In this document: positions 1 through 9,000 of the stretch, piece after piece | How the letters are laid out: the number at the start of each line of letters is the position of its first letter | Position numbering within the stretch: the first letter of the stretch is position 1 | NCBI GenBank assembly: GCA_043228905.1 | Contig: JBHGNT010001311.1 | Location: forward strand, 1 to 9,937 | Direction of reading: 5' to 3' | Source: Azolla caroliniana | Taxonomy: Eukaryota; Plantae; Polypodiophyta | Length of the DNA stretch: 9,937 nucleotides | The notes under the pieces: model-generated | What the model was told of the DNA's origin: nothing | Databases searched by the model: none | What the model saw: only the letters and a program-made list of their open reading frames with translations | Made by a program: the position numbers and the translations under genes

Positions 1-817
1 AATGCGAATTAGGGGTTATTTGATGATTCAGAAGAGTAAGAGCAAGGGGGAGGAGTGGAGGAACTGGACCATCTGCAATGCATGAAAGTGATGAAGCAGC
101 TGGCGGCCAAAAGAGCCTGCTTGAGGAAGTGCACTAAAGATTCTCAACAATTTGGTGTGGAGTCAGAATGAATGTAACAGATGGAATTCAGAAAGACTCT
201 AACATGAGAGACCAAAGAAGAATCAGTTACGTGGCAAGGCAGATTGTGAAATAACCAAGTTCAAGACAGAAAATATGAATGAACTGCAAAGCCCATGAAT
301 TGCTGACAACACAAGGATTATGATAACATTACAAGATGTGGGTGGTGGATACTATTGTCACATACATACTCATTGCCCCGAGTAGAAATTTCAATTTTGT
401 GGTGAGAGAACTATAGTTCTAGTAGGTTGCAAGATCCTGCAATGACGAAATTTAACCAAGCAGTGAGCCCCTTGTTTAGAATTGGCTACATATTTGTGCC
501 CACACAATGGAAACAACCTTCTTCCATTAACAATGCAATAAATTTGATCTTTTGACTATAAAGTTGCTGTTGTTATCTCCAAATGATAGCAGACACATTC
601 TCTTGGAAAATTAGAGTGTATGGATTTAGCTTTCAACATTGGTCCTGTGGATAATGTAATCGCAATTAAATGTACTTTTTTCTTCTCTTTATTTCTATCC
701 AGAACCATTAAGTCAATTCATAAATATATGTCATGTTTCCTCATTCACATCTTAAGGCTGGAATTTGTTCGTAAAGCATTGTGAGGAAAAGAGAGTAGGC
801 GTGTTTGTTTAGCTTAC

Positions 818-1138
818 AGTTACATTGACTCCATCGGGAGCTATTCGAATTCTGCCCACCAGCGACAGCTCTGAGCACAATGAGACAAACCAGCGCTTCA
901 AGGACTCCGTGTCGGAAATGAACACAAAGTTGTAGTAGAGGAGCACTCCTTCCTTCTTCTCCTTCTCATGTTCTTCCTCTTCCTCTTCCTCTTCCTCTTC
1001 CTCTTCCTCTTCCTCTTCCTCTTCCTCTTCCTTTTCCTGTTGCTGTTGCTGTTGCTGTTGCTGTTCCTGAACATGAACCTGCTCATGCTCATGCTCATGC
1101 TCATGCTCATGCTCATGCTCATGCTCCGGCCACGCCAT
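818..1138 (-). CDS. STR6: First coding exon of a rhodanese-like domain-containing protein 6 (STR6 / TSTD2 / TrhO-UPF0176 family); the gene continues left of the window
   Basis: ATG GCG at 1138 (the tracked 1198 start is GTG). GVLLYY...LVGRIRIAPDGVNVT matches recalled Arabidopsis STR6 (GVLLYYKY...LLGRVRLSPKGVNVT-VGG). Donor ACT|GTAAGC at 817. I found no exon encoding the expected following VGG...F..TDFK in 1-817. Confidence 0.85.
971..1126 (-). repeat. Compound coding hexamer microsatellite: (GAGCAT)7, (CAGCAA)4.5, (GAAGAG)~10, encoding (EH)7E, Q9, E20
   Basis: On the + strand: (gctcat)7 at 1081-1122, ctg/ttg alternation at 1037-1063, ttc/ctc alternation at 971-1030. Confidence 0.97.
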
Positions 1139-1237
1139 CGTCAGTCGCCTCGCGTCTCCGAGTTGACCTAATGCAATAATATATGAATACACACCCACCC
1201 CTTCCCCATCAATAGGCGCCTAGGCACATAGTCTCGG

Positions 1238-1246
1238 AAACCCTAA
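1238..1246 (+). promoter_or_regulatory. Telo-box (AAACCCTAA)
   Basis: Exact match to the plant interstitial telomere motif, 100 bp upstream of the STR6-like ATG. Function here is inferred. Confidence 0.5.
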
Positions 1247-1264
1247 ACCGATGGCGGCGACACG

Positions 1265-2085
1265 AGACGAGGCAACCAACCAACGCCTCAACCTCCCTAA
1301 GTTTGTACAATTGCCCATTCTGGTTACACATGGTGGACACTTGTTCGGTATGGGCCCTCAACCTCATCAAGGACCTTGTCTTTGTCGGCAATATCATTTT
1401 AATATCTCATATGTAGTCCTCCATTTGCTTGAAGTCGGGGCCTACCCGTTGCTCTTGAGTCTCAATGGCCCAATACGGCTTGCAACAAGCATACTCAAGC
1501 AACGTAACCATATTAGCTTTTGTTTGAGTAAGACAAAGGCCACTCTGACCTCACCACTTGACACACATTCATGTTGAGAGTAATAGATTAGATAATAGAT
1601 ATTTTTAACCTCCAAAGAGTTTTAACATGCTCGAAGGGGTAATTGACCCAAACTTGATGCTTATATGGACAATCATAGATGGGGTTTTCCACAACTACCC
1701 CTTCAATGACACATGTGGGTTCGAAATCATCAAGTGAGTTGCTCAACATTCTTACACAAGTAGAGAAATCCTTGATACTATAGTTGTCGACCTCCTGGTG
1801 CGTGTCAATTATCCAACCAATTGGAAGATGTCAACCTTGAATTGCATTTTCCTAGAGGTCCAACACCTCATACCTTGGAGTTGTCCGCTTCAAAAGTGCA
1901 CTACTCAGCCTCGAGAGGTTGCCATCCTATTCGTAATTGAGGGATTAGGGGAAGTCAACCCCAATGGCATAGACCATGTCATACATCAATACATAAAAGC
2001 ACTCATGTCAACTCTCATGGGGAACGTGGGGTCAAGGCTTACCCATTGGTTGTGAATGAGGTCATGAAAATTGTTGAAGTGTTAA
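1265..2085 (+). mobile_element. Decayed Ty3/Gypsy-type LTR retrotransposon pol fragment (aspartic protease C-terminal half plus linker), frameshifted
   Basis: Stitching frames gives EATNQRLNLPKF / CPFWLHMVDTCSVWALNLIKDL / FNISYVVLHLLEVGAYPLLL / NHISFCLSKTK, then SFNMLEGV / LDAYMDNH at about 1618-1677. This follows the retropepsin pattern I recall from seedless-plant retroelements (CPFWLRMAD..SVRP.GLI.DL...ISAVVL.L...GAYPLLLGRPWL). No LTRs seen. The right boundary is approximate and weakly supported beyond about 1700. Confidence 0.65.
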
Positions 2086-2470
2086 CCTCAACTTGGTATA
2101 TTTCAACCATCATGCATTTTATATTCGTAGTGGTTGGTCAAATGTCATATTGAGTTGTTGGTTATGTATTGGATATATGAAGGGTAGTTCGTAGAGGAGT
2201 GGAAATTTAAGGGAAATAATGTTAGATTATTTAGTTTTAACTTTGTTGGGCTTAATATTTACAATCTAGAATATTGGTCATACACCAAATGCATACAAGA
2301 AACAAGCTTCATATCCTAATTTGTGGAGAACGACCCTTTATTAAGAAGCAATAACTAATGCCCTATGAGCTTGTAATATTAAAGGAGCCCTTTGGGGTTT
2401 CCAAATTGTGTATAGAAATAGCTCTTATGTAAAAAATGTCAAGAACATCTACACAAAATAAATAAAGAGA

Positions 2471-2498
2471 TGTGTGTGTGTGTGAGAGAGAGAGAGAG
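2471..2498. repeat. Compound dinucleotide microsatellite (TG)7(AG)7, followed by a short (TA)n tract at about 2514-2525
   Basis: Read directly from the sequence. Confidence 0.95.
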
Positions 2499-2780
2499 AT
2501 GCATCTGTATATTTATATATATATAAAGTAGACTCCCTAAAACTTAAATATAATTATACCACGTATGGTATATAAGACTTATACAAAGTTGTGTTGCCTT
2601 TGCACTAGTATGCTCCTTACTGTAGGTATATTTATCATGATTCATACCACATATTTCAAATAACGCGTGTACATGAGACAAAGTGTGAGTACACTCCTTG
2701 TCTTAAACATAATTCTACCACATATAATATATAATGCTTGTATAACTATCATGCTTACAAGAATTTTTGAACAGCTCCAT

Positions 2781-3011
2781 TCAGATAACATTATAATTAT
2801 CACAGAGTTCTTTGATAATTTCAAAAATCATCAATTCTAGCATTGTCCTTGGAAGATCGAACATGTTGAAATGCAAGGAAAGGTCTGATAACTTATAAGA
2901 GGACATTCTAGAGTCACATAAGCTAGCTTGTGACATTGACTTTACTTTTTGTTCAAAAAACATTACTCCATTGCGTAATTGTGATTCCAAAGTTTTTGTG
3001 TTGAGAAGTCC
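2781..3011 (-). CDS. CFAP65: CFAP65-like terminal exon 9 (GLLNTKTLESQ...MFFEQ...MLELMIFEIIKE...NVI*)
   Basis: Acceptor TTTTTAG|GGA, phase 0, matching the exon 8 donor. MFFEQ and MLELMIFEIIKE resemble the recalled CFAP65 C-terminal PYFxQ and LLENMIQNILVE motifs. Ends in TGA at 2781-2783. Confidence 0.75.
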   Translation of the reverse strand, partial: GLLNTKTLESQLRNGVMFFEQKVKSMSQASLCDSRMSSYKLSDLSLHFNMFDLPRTMLELMIFEIIKELCDNYNVI

Positions 3012-6000
3012 CTAAAAATCAATTGAAATGAAAAGATAAATTGTCATATTATAAAATCCTTTCAACAATCTAATTACACATACAACTCTTAAAGAAACTA
3101 CCTTCATTCTTGTAAACATGCTTTATTTGTATCCCCATATGCAGCCAATAAAATCTCACAATTCACAATCAATATTTTACCGATGAAGAGATGTTCACAT
3201 GATATGCATGTCCTAAACCAATGAAGAGTTTTGCTCATCCAAGAAAATGACTAGTAACCAATTTATTTCGAACTCCCTAGAGAGTTTAGCAACCTAACTT
3301 TATTGCAAACCTTTCAATGAACCTTCTTATAGCCAAGATTATGGCCTTTAACACTACAAAAGCATAGGCAATTGGGTCTCGTTTTTGGGGCTTCCCTTCC
3401 AGACTGATAGGAGAAGTGGTGGTATTATGAGCAAGCACAGATCAAAGTTTGATGAAGAGGAGATTGAAAGTCGGGAGTAGTAATTTCAAGCAATTAAAGG
3501 TGAAACAATGAGGACAAAAATGTGTATACTCAATGCATAACTAGCAAAATACAAACTCACAATTTTACCCATTTAGTAGCTATCTGCATACTTGATTAAC
3601 CACAAAAACATATTTTTCATAAAAGATTTGCTGCTACCCTCACCTGCATTGCTTCGCGAAACATCGTTGTTACTATGTGCATTATCACATCCATCTTTCG
3701 ACTGTCAGATCCATTGCTATCATCCATCTGTAGCTGCATACCACTAGGTGTTTCAAGCTTTTTTGACAAGCAATCTGTTGGTGTGATTGACCCAGAAACA
3801 GAAAGGTATAGTGTCCCTCTCTCTATTGATGTGTGCTTTATATGTTCTTGATGTCCTGGGAGGTTCATTGGTGAGGGGGGCTTTGAAACAAGGCGAGGAA
3901 GCTTTTCCTTCATGGAGGATGTCAATTTCTCTACGACAGACTGCCGCCGTTCTCTTTGATTTCTATGGTTAGTGGAAGACACCATGCTTTCCTGCTTCTC
4001 TGCCAAGACAGCCTCACCATTTGTACTTTGGTGATCTCCAGTAGACATGGCCTCCTCTTTAACACGTGCTTGCTGTGAGATAACTTCCTCTACACGACAG
4101 CGGAGTGTTGTCTCGAATATCTGGGGCTGCAGCCCTGCAGTAAACGTTAGCTTGCATACACCACTTCTGTCACATTCAATGAGACCCTGTGCAGGCATGA
4201 CCGAGAAATGGCCATGAACAGAATTCTCTGCAGAATAGCAACATTCCCAGGAATACCTAACGGCTGAACTCCTACTTGTATTTTTTATGTTGACCAATTT
4301 TTCCACTGAAGACATTGCAGGTATGTCTCCATAAGTCACATGTTCAGTCATCAGAATTGCAGGCAGGCCTTTCCATTCATGCAGATTTAGCGAAACTAAT
4401 TCATTCTCTTGCAAATATTCCTCCCCTTTTCTCTGTATGTCATCAGCTTCTGTGTCCATGCCAGTACCTTAACATTTGCATTGAATTAAAATTTCTGTAA
4501 GTTGGTTGTGAAATAACTATTATTGTTCTGAATAGGGAATGTAGGTGTTTTCTTTGATTTGGTTCTTTTTAATGAACCAGTATTTATGAATAAATAATGA
4601 AAATGAAAACTTCACTGTTGATTGATATTTTTTTCATCATCAGATGACTACCTTCAATTGATAGCCTTGCTCCTTCTCCATTCATCACAGAAATAAACAT
4701 ATCTACTGAGTATGTTTTTGTCTCTATAGGTCGGAAGTACCAATTCAGCAGCAAAGTTTCATTGGGAGGTATAGAACCAGATGGATTCAAACAAGTAAGT
4801 ATTTGAAAATCATAGTTTTCTTCCTGAAGCTGTGTCAATGGAGTAAGGTCGACGATGTATTCCAGCTGTGAAATCCCATCATTTCGCAGCTCAAAAGTCT
4901 GCAAAGGTGGATTGACATTTCCAATTGCAACTGATTTCAACTTGAAACTGCTAGACTCCAACACAAGAATACTTGTTGCTCTTGGAAGAGTCTCACCACA
5001 AAGCATGAGGGGCAAGCCATGGCCATGTTCAAATTGTAAAATAGCAGGAAGCACGTGCATCCCCTCAACGATATGCTTGTAAGTAAAGTTAATGTGTGCT
5101 GTTTCTTTTGGTTCCAGAAAACCATCACTAGGGGAGACTGAAATAAGCTCTTGCTCACGCACATTCATATAAAGTTGTTCATCCTCATCTGCTGGTTCTA
5201 GATCTTCAACCCATTTTTCCAAGTCTACCTCTTTATCATTCCATAGCCTTATCTTCCACGAAACTGGTAAGTTACTACAGGAACTCACAACCAGTTCAAA
5301 AACAGTGGGCTTAGCAGCTATGGTCCCTTTTCCAAATAAAATCTTAAATGGGGAACTGAAACTCTGGATTGGTTTTCCTCCAAGTCCAAATAAATCATGA
5401 CAATAATTACTTAATCCAATATCTTCTTTCGTTTCTGCTTCAGCAAGCATATACTCTAGCTCATCAAGGTGTAGTTGACGCCAAGCTTGTACTTGGCTCA
5501 AACACTCGTTTCTCACACCACAAATAGAGAAAGATGGATATAAAGCCTTTGCAGACAATGTGCAATGGGGTGATTTTTCACTTTTCCCCCCTTCTGAGTA
5601 ATTAATATTGCATACAATTCCAATCAAGAACATCGAAGCAATTTTGGGCTTAAATGTAATATTGATATCTTTGGAGGAATAAGAATTGATTATTCCTTGG
5701 TTGCTGTCAAACTTTAGCTTGTAGTCATCTGTCTTTGTGTTTTGCAATGGCGTGAGATCCATCAAATATTTTAGAGAGCCTTCTGTGGTGTTGTAGATAG
5801 TCAATTTATGCCTCTGAGGAAAGCCAACTAGAACTGTCCCAAGCTCTAATTGCTGAGGCTCAATTTTGAATAGGCATTTAACCCCTTCCCCTTGGAATGT
5901 GGTAGTTATTCTTTGAGTTTCTGAACCAGGAACCATATTAACTAAGATTCCTTCTTTGTCATCAAGTATACCCATCTCAATCACACTTGTGATTCTACAA

Positions 6001-9000
6001 AGAACTTCATCTGTAAAATATGAGGGGGAGGTAGGACAAAAAGTGCAACGAAGCTGCAAACTTTGTTTACCTTTGATAATTCCATGTGCAGGCTTAATAG
6101 AAAATACCTTTGAGCATTCAAGAGACCCTTTCAGAGTGAAAAAACCAGGAACTGTAGACAAATTATTCATTATTATTGTCTTCTCGGTAGGGACTCCTAC
6201 AGTTGAATGCTTAAAATGTACATCATTGCTTTCTAGTTGTACCTGTTCAGATCAAGGATGGGAAAGTTTTAAAAAAAGAGCCCCGAAGAGTTATAATTGA
6301 TAGATGTTACTAATGAATTTCTTAAGCGTTCATGCAACTCACCTTAGGATAATCACTTTTAGCAACTAACTTCAAGTGCATTTCCTCAGTCTGCATTCCA
6401 TTCACAATGCAAGGCAGATTCAATACATATGATCCAGGTTTACTGGCTTTGAACCTAATACTTATTAGCTGGAAACTCTGCATTTCAATTACACCTTGTG
6501 AAGGCATAATTGTGAACTCCTGACCCACAAATGTTGGACTCTCAAATGAAAACCTGAAAAAACATTTAAGCCCCTATTAGATCCAAAACACATTTGATGT
6601 ATTGGGATCCCACATTTATCTTCTCTATATTTCAGAGCATGTAAGAATGAAGAGCTCACCATAGAGGTGTGCATCCCTGATTTCGTAGAGCTACAGTCTG
6701 GTACACTTGGCATCCATGCAAAACAGGCGGGAAAGAAACCTTTGAGGGAAAAAAATACACATTTGATGGGAACTCCTCCGCTTTTGACATAAAGCTGTTT
6801 CCTGAAACTTGTATGGATACTAAACAAGGTGCAGCCAGACAATTCCCCTCACAATATTGTGAAATGCTGAGGTCCAAACTTTCATTATAGTACTGATTTT
6901 CCTTAGCCGGTGTGAATGTGACATCAAATGTTACAGTCTCCTGAGGGGGTATGTCAGCATGTCGAGGCGAGACAGTAAAAATATTTGATGATTTCTTAGT
7001 TGTCCAGGGCCCTCTACTTCGCACAATTGGTTGCGTGCTTGTTTCATCTATGACTTCCAAGACATAGCAAAGACAAGAAAGCACAGTTTCTGAGTTATTT
7101 CGTATCGTTATACTCTTCTTTTCAGTTTGCATGCATAATATTGTTCCAAAATCTATAGATTTTGGAGCTACATCTACTGAGCTTAAAGTTTTTCCAAAAA
7201 AATACTCTTCCCATATGTTATCTGTAGTACAAGCCTGCTCAACCAGCCTCCTTGGATGCTTGCCAAACAATGCCCCCGATGAACTTGTTTCGTGCCATGA
7301 AACTGATGAACTGTTAGGTGGTGAATTTCCATCTGTTTCTTCTTTGTTCATTATGATCGTTATATCATTTAATAAGCTTGTTGGTTTCGGACTAATCGAT
7401 AATTCAGTATTAGCATCCTCCGCAATTGCATAGGCATCAAGTTCATGGATCTGATATTTGGCGACACTCCCAGTGACATCTCTATGCTTTGATAAATCTG
7501 ACAGCTGTAGGGTTGGAAAGTTCACTTTATCAAGAAAGCAGCAACCTACAAGATCACAATATAAAGGATGACAATCTTGGATGATGCAGAAGACACGCTT
7601 ATAATAATTTGCAGCTTCTCCTGGTTCAAAGTAAGCCTTCACACAAACCGTTGATTGTGGTGCAATTACTCCCTTTTCTGGCTGTAAATCGAATATGCTC
7701 GATCCTGTAAGCTTGAACTGGAAACTGACATGAACCATAGACATGTTGTATATTGAGAGGGAACTGGAAACACTTGTTCCAAGAGGCAAAGAACCAAAAT
7801 CTATAGCCCTTCTTGAGATGGTGACACAGGGAGATACAGCATTCCCCGAGCAAGTTAATTTATGCATATTTCCTTGGGAGGTTGTCACATTGATCTGACC
7901 ACTTGAAAATGTGCCAGTTGAAAGGGGACAGTACATGACCTGTATAAAGGCTGAAAATTACATCAAAACTTCACGACCTCTGGTTTCTTTAAGAAGTAAC
8001 TATTTCAAGTAGACACTTTAAAAAAGAAAACGTTTACTTCCATGTACATAATTGGTATAGTTTACAGAGCGATAGGAATACAGATTATCGTGAAAAACAT
8101 TGCATTCACCACACCTTAACTGAAAAATGTTTGTTTGGCCGAATTGAGGATTCGACGAGCTCCACTTTGAACACAGGTGAAAAAGAGTATTGGACACAAT
8201 CTTCTATCACATTAATGTAGACTTTTGCCAATACTTCAGATGTATTGAAAACATTTAAGATGATTTCTTTTGTTGATCCCACTACCACATCACCAAAATC
8301 AAGGACAGGCGGAGATAGATGAAGGAATACATACTTTCCAGTACCATTGAGGTTCATAACGGTAGTTGCATTCTCAGCAGTGACACAATGTGCCTATAAT
8401 ACAGTGCACACGTTTTATTATCAAACAAATAGGCATTCACAAGTAAACTAATCTTATGAAACGTTTTTACTTTTTGACTGGATAGAATATTTTGAACAGT
8501 ACCTGTGCAGAGTAAGTGCATGCTTTGTCTGGCATGAAGCAGCAGATGGCAGATGATCTCTCCCCGGACTGTAACAAACCTGCCTTTGGCATTATGGAGA
8601 AAGGTGGCTCCACTATCCATTCATACAGTGTAGGTTTATCACTGATATTCGAGAATTGGAAGAGCTTTTCAGCAGTTTCTTTCACGCTGCAGCTCCCAAA
8701 ATCCAAATCCGCTTGGCATTGCACATTCCCTGTGGGAGCTATACCCTTCAAGGCAACTGAGAATGATCCCTGTAGTATACAGCAACCACATAAAAATGGC
8801 ACAAAGGAGCTATTTATTATTGAAAAGAAAACACCAGATCTTACGATTGTAACAATGACTTGTTTTCATAACATTGCAAGATCTAACAAATGGGATGTGA
8901 TGCTTACAAAATCATCACCTTGGTGGCGCAAAAATGCAGTTTGTTGTCATAGTCCACCAATCTGGAGGGCCTGAAAATGATTCCGATGACACATGTGACT

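Noticed and set aside
407-420. Perfect 14-bp palindrome AGAACTATAGTTCT in the STR6-like intron
   Set aside because: About one such palindrome is expected by chance in 10 kb of AT-rich DNA. No flanking TIR or TSD structure was seen.
1-817. Search for STR6-like exon 2 or another gene
   Set aside because: No minus-strand segment encodes the expected VGG...TDFK continuation, and the short purine-rich + strand frame near 40-171 has no recognisable motif. Treated as intron.
971-1126. Repeat array considered as CRISPR-like
   Set aside because: These are short tandem units with no spacers and no cas genes, in a eukaryotic intron-exon context.
898-1171. ORFs 898-1122 (-) (MS/NS/RK repeats) and 968-1171 (+) (FL/L/ML repeats)
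   Set aside because: They are alternative-frame readings of the hexamer microsatellite, which lacks stops. Only the EH/Q/E frame continues into the conserved STR6 domain.
1798-2055. 85-aa plus ORF
   Set aside because: It starts with GTG, has no motif, and lies in the probable decayed retroelement region.
2642-2824. 60-aa minus ORF overlapping the CFAP65 stop
   Set aside because: It has a non-ATG start, lies in AT-rich 3'UTR-like sequence and shows no homology cues.
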